64,000 nt of DNA, taken from Infirmifilum sp. (GTDB lineage: Archaea; Thermoproteota; Thermoprotei; Thermofilales; Thermofilaceae). The stretch is taken from assembly GCA_041287245.1 (NCBI GenBank), contig JBEULP010000003.1, positions 32,001-96,000 of the forward strand. The letters are read 5' to 3'. Of the stretch, positions 26,828 through 37,283 are shown in pieces. The notes under the pieces are model-generated. The model saw nothing but the letters and a program-made list of their open reading frames with translations, had not been told where the DNA came from and did not search any database. Position 1 is the first letter of the stretch. The number at the start of each line of letters is the position of its first letter. The translations under genes were made by a program, and so were the position numbers.

Positions 26828-29743
26828 CTACTTTACAATTATGGCGGGCCTTGCGGGTAATGCTTGTCGAGCTTTAGAGGTGTCGGAAGCCTCATCCTCG
26901 TGGAGCATGATTATCTTCTTTTGTGTCACTTGCTCGAAGAATTCTCGCGCGTCGAATAATGCTCTTTCCTCTAGATCCGGGTTGACTAGGAGGTCTAGGA
27001 TCTCGCTGTTCTTGACTATGATTTCTATGAGACTCCCAGCTTGCTTTTGACTCTCGGTTGGCAGCTGTCTAAGGGCCTCGCGTATAGCTTGCTGGAGTTT
27101 CCCGTGAGTTTTTAGGTTGCTTTTTATTCTTTCCAGGAAGTCATACTTCCATCTACTGGGTAGCACTATGACGAGTTCATTTATCTTCTCGCTTCCCACC
27201 ACCTTGAGTAGCTCCTGAATGTCCTCTAAGACCTTTTGCACTATCTTCTCAGCCCTCTCGGCCTCTTCGTTTATTTTACTACTGTCCGCGACCGGCCAAT
27301 TTTCAAACTGGATTAGGGTCTTCTTACCGAGCCTCTCCCATATTTCTTCGGCAATGTGAGGCGTAATGGGGGCCAGGATTAAGGTTTGAACTTCTATGAA
27401 CCTCTGGAGAAGTGTTTTATTTGGAACGCCGCGCCTCTTCAAGTACCATTTAAAGGAGTTTTGAAGGTGGAAGAATCCTTCTGTAATCACGTTTTTCATG
27501 TTGAGCTTCTCATACTCTTCTTCGATAATTTTCAGTGTACGGTTTAAAACACTTTCAAACCAGTCGTCTATGAACTTCCTCTGCACATCGCCCTTGCCGT
27601 AGTTCTCAACCGCGAAGCTATACCATTCGTAGAGAATATTGACCGCGTTAGACGCAAACTCAGGCTCAAAGTTACCGTCGTCTAGGCCTGTATTACCGGC
27701 GTACGCGTTGGTAAACCTTGTAACATCCGCTCCCCAGTAGTCTAGCGCCTCCCTTAACAGTATGAAGTTGCCCTTCGATTTCGACATCTTTTCTCCGGCA
27801 ACGTTGATCCAGCCGTTTATTGCAATGCCCCTGGGCCAATGCTCAGGTGGGAAGATAGCGACGTGGTGCATTATGAAAAACACTAGGTGGTTCGGAATAA
27901 GGTCCTTGCCTGAGACGCGTAGGTCAACAGGATACCAGTAGAGGAACTCTGCGCGTATTTTCTTCAAAAGCTCCGGGTCTATGCCGAGCTTCTCAGCAAC
28001 AGCGTTTAAGTCCCCCCTCCCGAGGAACACATAGTCATAGAAAGAGCGGTCTATACGGTCCCAATTTATCCCATAAGCCTCAGGGTGCTGGAGATACTTC
28101 GAAATAGTGTAGTAAGCCATGTAAATGGTTGAGTCGCTTAGTGACTCTAGAACCCACTTCTCATCCCAGGGCAAAGGAGTCCCAAGCTCCCGCTCATGCG
28201 TACAGGCCCAATCTTCGTACCAATCGACCAGCCTGTGGAACTCGCTCTTTAGCTCTGGTGGGAGAAATAGCATCGCCTCTATACATTTATGCGCCTTAGC
28301 CTTCCACTCTGGGTCACTGTAGCGTAAAAACCACTGATCCTCGACGATTTTTACATGTGTACGCGTCCCACACCGACAGTAGACTGGCCTGGGGAGTGTG
28401 TAGTGACGCAGAGCATAGCCGCTCCTAACAAGAAACTCTATAACCTGCTCCTTAACCTCAAAAACCCTCTTCCCGCCCCACTCCTCGCCATACACCTCTT
28501 TTCGGAGAACCCCATTATAGAACTCTTTCGAGTAAATCTCCTTAGTAGCCTCCTCTAGTTTTTCTTTCTCGCCCTGGAATACTATCCCATGTTTCCTAAC
28601 TATAGTCTCCGCGGGATATTCACCGTAGCCTTCGAGCACTATTAAGCTGACCGGCTTAACCGCATCAATTATTGTCGGGTCTACCCCATACTTGTCTAGA
28701 AGGTTGGGATCCCTCCTTAGATCCTCCAAGGCAACCCAGTCGTAGGGGGCATGAGCCGGTACCGACATTACAACCCCAGTCCCCGCCTCAGCATCCACAA
28801 ACGTTGCTGGGAGAACAGGTATCCTCGCCTTAGTGACAGGATTCTCTACAAACCTACCTACAAGCTCGCGCCCCCTTATCCTTCCGAGCACGCTAACCCT
28901 ATGCCCCTGATCGGCCAGTTCTGAAGCTCCATAACTGCCTAAGACAAACCTCTCGCCGTCAACGTTAACAACCAGATACTCCGAATCGGGGTTAACCCAA
29001 ATGTTCACCGCGCCGTAAACCGTCTCAGGCCTGTAGGTGAGGCATGGATATGTAAGCCCATCCTCCCCCTTGAACTTGATAATTACAACTTTCTCTGGAC
29101 CTATACCTGCATACTCATCCGGCCTGTCATGGTCGCCCACAACTTTATGCTCCTTTGGACACCATACCACCGGGTGGGATCCCCTGGTTACATAGCCGTT
29201 TTCACGCAAGACGCTATACTGCCACTGGATGAACTTGTTATACGGAGGGTTAAGATACGTGGTGAAAAACTCTCTCCTCCAGTCCACTGAGAGGCCATAC
29301 CTTGTGAAGTCCTCTCTAAACCCCTTGGAGAAGAACCGGACCCAGTACTCCGGGTCCCTAAACCTGGGAATCTCGTCATCACTAATCCCCATGGACTTCA
29401 AAATACCAATCTGCTTAGGATCCCCCTCCCTAACCCTCAGCGCTGCCGCCACAATCGGTCCTCCTGTAGCATGCCAGCCCTGCGCAAAGAGCACATTGTA
29501 GCCCTTCATCCTCTTGTAGCGTGCAACTATGTCTACACGAAGAACAGTATACGCCGTGCCAAGGTGGGGGTAAGAATTGATATACGGGTAAGGGAAAGTG
29601 ATGAAGAACTTTGGCTTCGAGTCGTCAGGCTCTGCCTCAAAAACCTTGAGGTCGGACCATCTTTTTTGCCACTTAGCCTCAATACTCTTCAGAAAATCCC
29701 TCCTTTCAACGTTGACCGGTGGGAATTGTAGCCTTCTAGCAAT
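26828..29743 (-). CDS. leuS: Leucyl-tRNA synthetase (probable non-canonical ATT start)
   Basis: Frame stays open 78 codons upstream of the ORF-track ATG and encodes IEAKWQKRW, FPYPYINSYPHLGT; KMSKS downstream. Confidence 0.93.
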   Translation of the reverse strand: MARRLQFPPVNVERRDFLKSIEAKWQKRWSDLKVFEAEPDDSKPKFFITFPYPYINSYPHLGTAYTVLRVDIVARYKRMKGYNVLFAQGWHATGGPIVAAALRVREGDPKQIGILKSMGISDDEIPRFRDPEYWVRFFSKGFREDFTRYGLSVDWRREFFTTYLNPPYNKFIQWQYSVLRENGYVTRGSHPVVWCPKEHKVVGDHDRPDEYAGIGPEKVVIIKFKGEDGLTYPCLTYRPETVYGAVNIWVNPDSEYLVVNVDGERFVLGSYGASELADQGHRVSVLGRIRGRELVGRFVENPVTKARIPVLPATFVDAEAGTGVVMSVPAHAPYDWVALEDLRRDPNLLDKYGVDPTIIDAVKPVSLIVLEGYGEYPAETIVRKHGIVFQGEKEKLEEATKEIYSKEFYNGVLRKEVYGEEWGGKRVFEVKEQVIEFLVRSGYALRHYTLPRPVYCRCGTRTHVKIVEDQWFLRYSDPEWKAKAHKCIEAMLFLPPELKSEFHRLVDWYEDWACTHERELGTPLPWDEKWVLESLSDSTIYMAYYTISKYLQHPEAYGINWDRIDRSFYDYVFLGRGDLNAVAEKLGIDPELLKKIRAEFLYWYPVDLRVSGKDLIPNHLVFFIMHHVAIFPPEHWPRGIAINGWINVAGEKMSKSKGNFILLREALDYWGADVTRFTNAYAGNTGLDDGNFEPEFASNAVNILYEWYSFAVENYGKGDVQRKFIDDWFESVLNRTLKIIEEEYEKLNMKNVITEGFFHLQNSFKWYLKRRGVPNKTLLQRFIEVQTLILAPITPHIAEEIWERLGKKTLIQFENWPVADSSKINEEAERAEKIVQKVLEDIQELLKVVGSEKINELVIVLPSRWKYDFLERIKSNLKTHGKLQQAIREALRQLPTESQKQAGSLIEIIVKNSEILDLLVNPDLEERALFDAREFFEQVTQKKIIMLHEDEASDTSKARQALPARPAIIVK

Positions 29744-29776
29744 CAGCCCTCACCCTAACCCCCTATACCATTTGTT

Positions 29777-30025
29777 TTAAAAAGTATTTTGACCCCCCTT
29801 TTCCTGAACCACGCCGAGGTAGTCGTAAATATCTCCCTTTCGCACCATCTCCTCATAAACATGCCAAACACGCTTCGGCGTGACGAGCCCCGAGTAAAAC
29901 CCCTTCTCCTCCAGCTTTTCACGAACCCGATCGACGAAATCATCCGGCTTTACGAGAGGGTCTCTTCCTAAAACCTCCAGTATAACCTCACGTATATCTT
30001 CGTTGTGCGGATAAGGTTTCTTCAT
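29777..30025 (-). CDS. Small hypothetical protein (possible wHTH)
   Basis: 82 aa, ATG start, co-oriented upstream of leuS. Confidence 0.7.
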   Translation of the reverse strand: MKKPYPHNEDIREVILEVLGRDPLVKPDDFVDRVREKLEEKGFYSGLVTPKRVWHVYEEMVRKGDIYDYLGVVQEKGGQNTF

Positions 30026-30081
30026 AAACCTTAATTGCTATCCGAAAAATATTTAAATTTCGTTACGCGAGGATTCTTATA

Positions 30082-30675
30082 ATGGAGTTTATCCGAAAAC
30101 TGCACGATTTTATTCACTTCCGTATTCACACCCCCTTTGGCAGAACTCTCCTTCCAGGAGTTGCGAGGAGATATATAGCTACCAACCTTTACGACGGAAC
30201 CCTGCTAGCCCTTGGCACCGTCGTAAGCTCATTGCTTCTCAAACTCCCACCAAGGGAAACTGCGTTTAACGGAGTAGTTATAGGCTTCTCTTCTCTCGTC
30301 TCCGGCTTCATGGGCGCTTTTCTAGTAGAGAGAGCGGAGCTCACCCGCGAGATCAGCGAACTTGAAAAGCACCTCTTCATCCGCATAGGGAAAAGACACG
30401 TATATATGACAGGGATTATCCTCAGCTTGCTCAACGCGGCTAGCACTTCAACCCCCATATTCCTCTCAATGACACCCTATGTCCTAGCCTATTTTGGATT
30501 CCTACCCGTAGAGCTCGCTCCCCCAGTGGCACTGATAATAACCTTGCTGCTTCTATCTTTGCTAGGTTTCTTTCTAGGGCATATCGCCAACGAAAACCCC
30601 GCGCGCACGAGTGCGCTAACGATCCTGTCCGGCCTCGTAATATTACTCTTCGAGATGCTTCTTGAGGGACGTTAG
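30082..30675 (+). CDS. VIT1/CCC1-like membrane protein
   Basis: RRYIATNLYDGTL, SGFMGAFLVERAE; multi-TM; adjacent to DUF211. Confidence 0.75.
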   Translation: MEFIRKLHDFIHFRIHTPFGRTLLPGVARRYIATNLYDGTLLALGTVVSSLLLKLPPRETAFNGVVIGFSSLVSGFMGAFLVERAELTREISELEKHLFIRIGKRHVYMTGIILSLLNAASTSTPIFLSMTPYVLAYFGFLPVELAPPVALIITLLLLSLLGFFLGHIANENPARTSALTILSGLVILLFEMLLEGR

Positions 30676-30712
30676 CTTTAATAAAAGACTGCTCGGATAA
30701 GTTATTACCGGT

Positions 30713-30973
30713 ATGGGCACGCCGAGAATCACCCGAATGGTTATCGACACTTTAAAACCGCGCGATGTCTCGATCGTCGAGATAGCACATTCCCTAATAA
30801 ACCTAAACTCCATCACCCACGTCGAAATCAACGTCGCTGAGATCGACGTGAAAACGGAAACCCTAAGGATTACCCTCGTCGGTGAAAATATCGATCTCAA
30901 GGAAGTCGAGAAAACACTCGAAAAACATGCTGCAGTGATTCGAAGCATCGATTTTGTAGCCGCGGAAAAATAG
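30713..30973 (+). CDS. DUF211 family protein
   Basis: RMVIDTLKP, EIDVKTE, AVIRSID. Confidence 0.8.
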   Translation: MGTPRITRMVIDTLKPRDVSIVEIAHSLINLNSITHVEINVAEIDVKTETLRITLVGENIDLKEVEKTLEKHAAVIRSIDFVAAEK

Positions 30974-31879
30974 GTGGTTTTCCTGTCGCTTCTCGATGTA
31001 TATTTCTCGCCTCCCAGCCCGCCTCTCTTCGGCAGGTATGGTGGTAAAGACGAGAAAGTCGTCGTCATGGGAGTGCCCTTCGACTCCGCCGCTACGAGAA
31101 CGCCTGGACAGAGGTTTGCTCCAAGAAAGATACGCGAAGTCTCCGTTGAGCTGGAGACTTTTTCCCCGGAGCTTGGCGTATATGTGGAGGAGCTGGGATA
31201 TAGCGACGCGGGGGACTTGCCTATACTAACGGACTTTCAGGTAATGGATGAGGTTGTCTCAAAAGTGGTGCGAGAACTTATTGAAGCGGATAGGTCTACG
31301 ATAGTGCTGGGCGGGGACCACCTTGTGAGCTTTCCTGTTATTCGCGAATACGCCCTGCACTTTGAAAAACTCCTTGTTGTGGTTTTTGACGCCCACCTAG
31401 ATCTCCGCGATGAATATCCTCTCAGAACCAGGTTTTCACACGCGACGGTTATGAGAAGACTACTTGAAAGTACCGAGAATATCTCTATAGCATATTTCAG
31501 CCCACGCGCCTTCTCGAAGGAAGAATACGAATACGCCAGGAAATCTAAACGTGTTTATCTCGTGAAAACCGCCTCGGAGCTTGAAAAGCTCCTCGGCTCT
31601 TTTAATAATGTATATGTCTCGCTAGATATCGACAGCATAGACCCAGCTTTTGCTCCTGGAACAGGAACTCCAGAGCCTATAGGGCTAACACCTCAGACGG
31701 TTGCCAGCGTCTTGAAAATTATAGCTGAGCGCTCTAGAAGGGTTGTTGGTCTTGACTTGGTGGAGGTTAACCCTCTTGTAGATTGCAACGATATAACCTC
31801 TCTTACAGCTGCAAAGCTAATAATGGAGTTCCTCTTTTCGTTTGCCGCAACGAGAAGCCTGCGTGCACTCACAGGATGA
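30974..31879 (+). CDS. speB: Agmatinase (ureohydrolase family)
   Basis: GGDH, FDAHLDLRD, SHAT, SLDIDSIDPAFAPGTGTPEP, VEVNP. Confidence 0.92.
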   Translation: MVFLSLLDVYFSPPSPPLFGRYGGKDEKVVVMGVPFDSAATRTPGQRFAPRKIREVSVELETFSPELGVYVEELGYSDAGDLPILTDFQVMDEVVSKVVRELIEADRSTIVLGGDHLVSFPVIREYALHFEKLLVVVFDAHLDLRDEYPLRTRFSHATVMRRLLESTENISIAYFSPRAFSKEEYEYARKSKRVYLVKTASELEKLLGSFNNVYVSLDIDSIDPAFAPGTGTPEPIGLTPQTVASVLKIIAERSRRVVGLDLVEVNPLVDCNDITSLTAAKLIMEFLFSFAATRSLRALTG

Positions 31880-33524
31880 GGAGGGGGACCCAGCTTAGAA
31901 AGGCTATAACCGCTAAGAGTAGCCCGTCACGAACGTTGTATTTTGTGGCGACCGACAGGCTTTTCAGCCTGGAACCGTCCATGAAGAGGGTGTTTACGGG
32001 TACAACACGGTACTTTACGTGAGACTCTCTAAGGGTTTCGAGGGCTTTCTGCAGGCATTGCTGGATATTCACAAGTACAAGTTCACTATTTAACGACCCC
32101 ACGGGATAGTAATCCACGCCTTGAAAAAGCCCGGTCATCACATGTGTGTCTGTTGTACCGAGTAGGAGGTAGTCTACCAAGCCTCCTACCTCGCGGTGTA
32201 CCTGGGCTTTAAACGTTGGATCCATATTGTTACCGTCTACGCTTATTATCCCGACCCTCCTGTTTTCCACCTCGAGGACTAGGCATGAGATCCCTCCTCT
32301 ACCCACGCTTGCACCGTCAGTGTAATCCACTCTGGCTAGACCGGTTTTTAGGCCGCCCCTCGAGACTTCACTGTTTAAGGATTCCATGATTGTACGTTCC
32401 ACCTCGAGGTATAGCTCCGGATTCTCAGACTGGCTCTCGGGAAGTTGAATGTACTCGTTGTCTATCATATTATGGAGATCTGCTAGCACAACGCCCATTT
32501 TCTCAAACTCCTCGCGAAGGTAGGCTGGGAGATCCTCCATAGGCACTTGAGGGTCAAGTAGGCAAAGAGAAATCCCATTGGACATTTTTATGGCGAGAGA
32601 GTTTACAAGCTTACCCTCGGCGAAACCAATGGCCGCTGAATCTGCCTCTTCACCCACCGTCTCGCTACTACATATTTTTTCCACAAGGCTCCCCACCTCA
32701 CCGCTAACAGCCATGTTTTCCCCGTGGCCGGCTGGAGCCTTGAGAAAAACTGTCGAGTAGCAGCGCGTAAGTATACTTTCCGGGAGAGTACTGCTTCCAA
32801 GCGTACGCACAGGTCCTGGGTGAACACCTGAGACAACTACTCTTCCAGTGATTTGCCCGTCGCTGTATACTTCGAAGACGTGCATCGGGATCGTTTTCCG
32901 AACGGTGGCGGCTTTCAAGCATTGTTCAACCTCCTCCTTCTCCCCGGATAAAGTATATCTCAGGAACCCCCTAAGATACCTCAGCCCGCCTACCCCTGCT
33001 GCAATCTTAACCCTCCTATTGATGATATAGAGCATAGGAGCAGCTACGAAGAGATATATTACTATAACCGTTAGCGCCGTCGGAAGAAAAGCGGACTGTA
33101 AGATCCATAAGACCGAGAAATAGGATACCAGGTAAGCCGCCAGAGCAACCCTCCTAGCTATCGCCACAAAGACAAGGAAAGAGAGCAACACTGTAGGCAG
33201 TGTGGCTAATGGAAGCTGTTTCTGTAGAAGAAGAACCGGTAATAGAAAAACCAGAAAAATAGCATAAAAACCCAGCGAACGCTTTGCGGTGAGCACCTTT
33301 CTATCGAAGAGGTGGGAAATAACATAGGGAAGCCCTCCAACGGTCAAGGCCGATACAACGTCGCGTGGCGCGTAGCCTCTCAGTAGAGCGACTACGACGT
33401 CCACAGTAAGCAACGCCCCCGTGTATACTATCATTATGCTGAGGCTTGGAAGTCTAAACAGCCACCTGTAACTCTTCCTGAATCCCTCGAAGTGCGTATC
33501 AGTCATCGCTACGCTTGACGACAC
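31869..33524 (-). CDS. DUF2070 family membrane protein
   Basis: N-terminal TMs, HPGP..LGSS.LP, DLHN, DGNNM, TTDTH. Confidence 0.8.
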   Translation of the reverse strand: MSSSVAMTDTHFEGFRKSYRWLFRLPSLSIMIVYTGALLTVDVVVALLRGYAPRDVVSALTVGGLPYVISHLFDRKVLTAKRSLGFYAIFLVFLLPVLLLQKQLPLATLPTVLLSFLVFVAIARRVALAAYLVSYFSVLWILQSAFLPTALTVIVIYLFVAAPMLYIINRRVKIAAGVGGLRYLRGFLRYTLSGEKEEVEQCLKAATVRKTIPMHVFEVYSDGQITGRVVVSGVHPGPVRTLGSSTLPESILTRCYSTVFLKAPAGHGENMAVSGEVGSLVEKICSSETVGEEADSAAIGFAEGKLVNSLAIKMSNGISLCLLDPQVPMEDLPAYLREEFEKMGVVLADLHNMIDNEYIQLPESQSENPELYLEVERTIMESLNSEVSRGGLKTGLARVDYTDGASVGRGGISCLVLEVENRRVGIISVDGNNMDPTFKAQVHREVGGLVDYLLLGTTDTHVMTGLFQGVDYYPVGSLNSELVLVNIQQCLQKALETLRESHVKYRVVPVNTLFMDGSRLKSLSVATKYNVRDGLLLAVIAFLSWVPLLIL

Positions 33525-33563
33525 ATATTAATAAAATGTTTAACCCCACACCTATGGATCGAG

Positions 33564-34298
33564 TTGGCTGCTTGCGAGGGTTTTAAAGATATTGAGGTGG
33601 TGTTTGTACAGCCACTCTACGAGCAGAACATAGGTTATATCGCACGGTGCATGAAGAACTTTTGCCTGCAAAGCCTCGTGCTGGTAAAGCCGCGCTGCAG
33701 CATAGGTCTAGATTCGAGAAGATATGCAATGCACGGGGCAGATATAATAGAGGGAGCTAGAATCTTTGAGGACTTCGAAGCCGTTGTTAAAAACACCGAC
33801 CTGGTCGTCTGCACCACAGGAGTGAAGGGAGGGGGACCGTTGCGCAGGTATGTCTCTCCTAGCGAGGCTGCTGAGATCATAGCTGAAAACACAGGTAGAA
33901 GGGCGATTGTTATCGGAAGAGAAGACTGGGGGCTCTCGAACAATGAGCTTGCCCTGTGTGACCTAATCGTCACTATCGAGACCAACCCTGAATACCCATC
34001 GCTCAACGCCTCCCACGCCGCAGTGATAATGTTCTACGAGCTCTTCAAAGCAATAAAGAAAGTCTCATCCTCAAGAATAGAGAGGCCCAGGCGTGAGGAG
34101 ATAGAAAAACTTCTCGAATACATGGATCTCCTGGGGCGTGAGCTAGGATACAGTGAGGAGAGGCTGTGGAAAAGCCAGGTTCTGATGAGGCGGCTCATAA
34201 CCGAAAACCGATTTTCAAGCATTGATCTACGCTTGCTGCTAAGCTATCTCGGCGACTCGTATCGAAGGTTGAAGGAAAAATGCACGCGCGTTGGCTGA
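33564..34298 (+). CDS. trmJ: TrmJ-family tRNA 2'-O-methyltransferase (SPOUT)
   Basis: NIGYIARCMKNF, AMHG, GREDWGLSN.EL, YPSLNASHA. Confidence 0.9.
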   Translation: MAACEGFKDIEVVFVQPLYEQNIGYIARCMKNFCLQSLVLVKPRCSIGLDSRRYAMHGADIIEGARIFEDFEAVVKNTDLVVCTTGVKGGGPLRRYVSPSEAAEIIAENTGRRAIVIGREDWGLSNNELALCDLIVTIETNPEYPSLNASHAAVIMFYELFKAIKKVSSSRIERPRREEIEKLLEYMDLLGRELGYSEERLWKSQVLMRRLITENRFSSIDLRLLLSYLGDSYRRLKEKCTRVG

Positions 34299-34888
34299 GA
34301 AGAGGTAGCCCGGCTTGGACTGGGTGTTGAAGTAGACGATGATGCTGCGGTTCGCTGACAGGGTGAAGGTTATAGGGTTGCCGTGACTGTAGGTGCCGTC
34401 GTCCCAGATCCAGGCCGCGAAGATCCGGTTGTTATAGGGCGTTGCGGAGAGCGTGATTGTGGAGCCGCACTGGTAGCTCCACGTACTCACTGTCTCGGTG
34501 CTGTTAGATCCGTCGCTCACTTTCCCGGCTCCCTGCGGGTAAACCTCTACCTTGAGTAGGCAGGGGCTAGCCTCTACGCGAGAACCGTTGACGGTCAGTT
34601 ATTTCAAGGAGTGGCAAATGTGGGGCTTAGACTCCACAATGACCTTTGAGGGCGCTGGGAGTCTGAGCACGGAGCCGTTATCTACAAGGGAGTCATTCAC
34701 GCATACAGCTCCGCCCCCGCTGGGCGTACAGCGAGCCCTGCGACAAGGGGCTGAGCATTCTCGAGTTGCGGCATGGCCTGTGGCTGGCGGGTTGTGAGGA
34801 GCCAAGCGGCTACTACGGCTACCGCGATTCCCAGCGCGAGTGCTCGATGTTTCCTACCACCAAGCCCTCCAAGCACCACTAATTTCAT
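34239..34888 (-). pseudogene. Disrupted secreted/surface protein gene (InlB B-repeat-like Ig domain)
   Basis: Signal anchor from ATG 34888, frameshift near 34715-34740, in-frame TAA at 34599-34601, then LKVEVYPQGAGKV...GSTITLSATP..FAAW..NPITFTL..IVYF. Confidence 0.7.
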
Positions 34889-35135
34889 TACTAGGCATAG
34901 CTTATACCAATTTCGCTTTCTACCCGTGGGGCGAGCCATACCTCTCGGGACGCACTCCATGTACGCTAGACATCAAACACCCCTCGAAGCCCGCTTATGC
35001 CACAACAGAGGAAGAGCTTATAGACAAGATCTACCAGCTTATAGTGGAACTACTGTTTTTAGCAGCTGAACTAGCGCACGATAAAAATTTATAATGTAAT
35101 TCGGAGCCTATAAGCGCATACGCTGGTGATGTTTG

Positions 35136-35639
35136 ATGCCGTTACGACCTGGAAAATGTTACAGACACTTTGGAACCCCGCCTTACACCAGGCTTGAGTA
35201 CATCAAGAGTAACCCTCCAGTCCTCATTCCAAAGTTTGACCTCGGCAATGCCAAGGGTGATTTTAACACTACGCTAAGGCTTGTTGTCATGAAGCCGGGG
35301 CAGATACGTGCAAACGCTCTTGAGGCCGCAAGGCAGCATGTCAACAAGTACCTTTCAAGCAAGGTTGGAGACACTGGCTTCTTCCTACGAATCGCTGTTT
35401 ATCCACATCACATCCTACGCGAGAACAAGATGATGGCTATGGCTGGAGCAGACAGGCTTCAAGATGGTATGCGCCTTTCCTTTGGAACCCCGGTGGGCAG
35501 GGCAGCCCGTGTAGACACAAACCAGCCAATAATCATAGTTAAGATTGACTCTAAAAACGTTGAGCATGCTAAGGAGGCGTTACGAAGGGCTGCATCTAAG
35601 ATTCCACTCCCCACTAGGATTGTGGTTGAGAGCAGGTAG
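35136..35639 (+). CDS. rpl10e: 50S ribosomal protein L10e (uL16)
   Basis: LRPGKCYR, ALEAAR, RENKMMAMAGADRLQDGMR. Confidence 0.97.
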   Translation: MPLRPGKCYRHFGTPPYTRLEYIKSNPPVLIPKFDLGNAKGDFNTTLRLVVMKPGQIRANALEAARQHVNKYLSSKVGDTGFFLRIAVYPHHILRENKMMAMAGADRLQDGMRLSFGTPVGRAARVDTNQPIIIVKIDSKNVEHAKEALRRAASKIPLPTRIVVESR

Positions 35640-35666
35640 CTGGCGGGGATCAGCGGTGAAAACGAA

Positions 35667-36356
35667 GTGCAAGAGCTGCATAAGAAGCGGATCGAAGTAG
35701 CCATTAATGTGTGGGGGGAAATTCTCGCCGGGTCTTTTTCCAGCAGAGAGGAACTCACCCAATATCTACGCATGGTTTATGAGGAAAACAACCTGGAGCC
35801 CATACGAGGAAAAACCAAGATAGATATTTATGATAAGGAGTTGGCGACAGTATACATCGTCGGCAAGTACGGACTGGGCTTGGAGCCAGAGCTCGAACAG
35901 TTTTCCGAGCTCTTCAGCATCGAGATAAAGAGTGAAAAAGTCCTTGAAAGGGTTCAGAGAGGAGAGAATCCTAGAACAGCCATGATGGACTTTTTCGGCT
36001 CTATAGATGAAAACATGATTTTTCGCGTTCTACGCCTAGGCATGACCGCCGTTATTCTCGGCTTTATGCCAGAGGAAAGCTTCATCTCTATGCTGTTCAG
36101 TTTTGAAAAGGAGTTCCCTGAGCTCGAAAAAAATATACAAGGCTTTAAAAGGTTCTACATAGCCTACCGGATTGCAGAAGAGATCGCGGCTGGAAAAGTT
36201 AGAAACAGGATAGAGAAGGAGACGCTCAAACACGCGTTGTGCGTCCGCCTAAACGCTGAAAAAGCAGCCCCGCCCGACTGGTTCATCAGGGAGATCGCTG
36301 TAGAGGCACTTAAACTTCCAGAGTACAAGGTCAATGCCTCTCTAAGCCTTGCGTGA
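35667..36356 (+). CDS. DUF2192-like crenarchaeal protein
   Basis: DIYDKELATVYIVGKYGLGL, RFYIAYRIAEEIAAG. Confidence 0.75.
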   Translation: MQELHKKRIEVAINVWGEILAGSFSSREELTQYLRMVYEENNLEPIRGKTKIDIYDKELATVYIVGKYGLGLEPELEQFSELFSIEIKSEKVLERVQRGENPRTAMMDFFGSIDENMIFRVLRLGMTAVILGFMPEESFISMLFSFEKEFPELEKNIQGFKRFYIAYRIAEEIAAGKVRNRIEKETLKHALCVRLNAEKAAPPDWFIREIAVEALKLPEYKVNASLSLA

Positions 36357-36395
36357 AATTTATATAGTACACCAACCCATCTGAGTAGAAACTAT

Positions 36396-36692
36396 ATGCC
36401 GAAGAAGCGGAAGAGCAGGGGCCGTCATAAAGGCGGGAAGGGAAAGGAAGACCTCGTACAGTGTGACGAATGTGGGGCACTCATTCCCAGATCCAAGGCT
36501 GTGAAAATTACAAAGCCGGTTGTAGCCGTGGACCCCCAGCTTGTAAAGGAGCTTAGAGACAAGGGCGCGATAATCCCACAGTATACTGTTACGAAGTACT
36601 TATGTCTGAGATGCGCCATTCACAGAGGCATTATAAAAATTCGACCTGAGGACGAGCGTAAAAAGGAAAACATTAAATGGAACTTCTTCTAG
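36396..36692 (+). CDS. rps26e: 30S ribosomal protein S26e
   Basis: MPKKRKSRGRHKG, VQCDECG..IPR.KA, CLRCAIHRG. Confidence 0.96.
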   Translation: MPKKRKSRGRHKGGKGKEDLVQCDECGALIPRSKAVKITKPVVAVDPQLVKELRDKGAIIPQYTVTKYLCLRCAIHRGIIKIRPEDERKKENIKWNFF

Positions 36693-37267
36693 ACTCCGAG
36701 ACATATTCCAGAGTATTTATCCTCTTTTCCAACACGGCAGCCACGGCTCCCGTTTTCTCCGAATGGACGCTAACTACAGAGGGCGGCCGAATGGACGTTG
36801 TCGCCCGCTCAGCATTATACGCCCTCTGGGATACTAAAAACGCCCCGCGCCGTAATACCCTCTTTATAGCTGTTCTCAATGGCCCCCCGAACCCTCCTGT
36901 TTCAATATATATCCCCCCTTTCCCCGTGGAGCTTAGCGAGACAGCCATAGGGCTCGAGATTCTTAAGACGATGAAGGGGCTCCCGGCGAAAATACTTTTG
37001 GAGAGAGCGGGGCTAACAGACTTGATTGAAAAGCTTCAAGGTCGCTATAGACTTACGCTATTGATTGAAAACGGCGTCGACATTAAAAACACCGATATTA
37101 CACCGCGTGAAAAACACGCGTTCATCATCGGAGACCATATCGGGTTTCCCCCAGATATCCTTAAGGAGCTGAGGAGGACGGTAGACCTCCAAGTCAGCAT
37201 CGGCCCGCTCTCCTATCTCGCCAGCCATTGTATTGCCTTCATCAACGAGTGGCTCGACGCGCAGTAG
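36677..37267 (+). CDS. trmY: tRNA pseudouridine54 N1-methyltransferase TrmY-like (SPOUT)
   Basis: GRMDVVAR, LNGPP.PP, FIIGDHIGF, SIGP.SYLASHCI. Confidence 0.82.
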   Translation: MELLLDSETYSRVFILFSNTAATAPVFSEWTLTTEGGRMDVVARSALYALWDTKNAPRRNTLFIAVLNGPPNPPVSIYIPPFPVELSETAIGLEILKTMKGLPAKILLERAGLTDLIEKLQGRYRLTLLIENGVDIKNTDITPREKHAFIIGDHIGFPPDILKELRRTVDLQVSIGPLSYLASHCIAFINEWLDAQ

Positions 37268-37283
37268 GGTTATCCGTGCACCT

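Noticed and set aside
29560..29580. Possible frameshift in leuS at the G5 run
   Set aside because: Recounting gives TAC CCC CAC CTT, which is in frame; the anomaly is the start codon.
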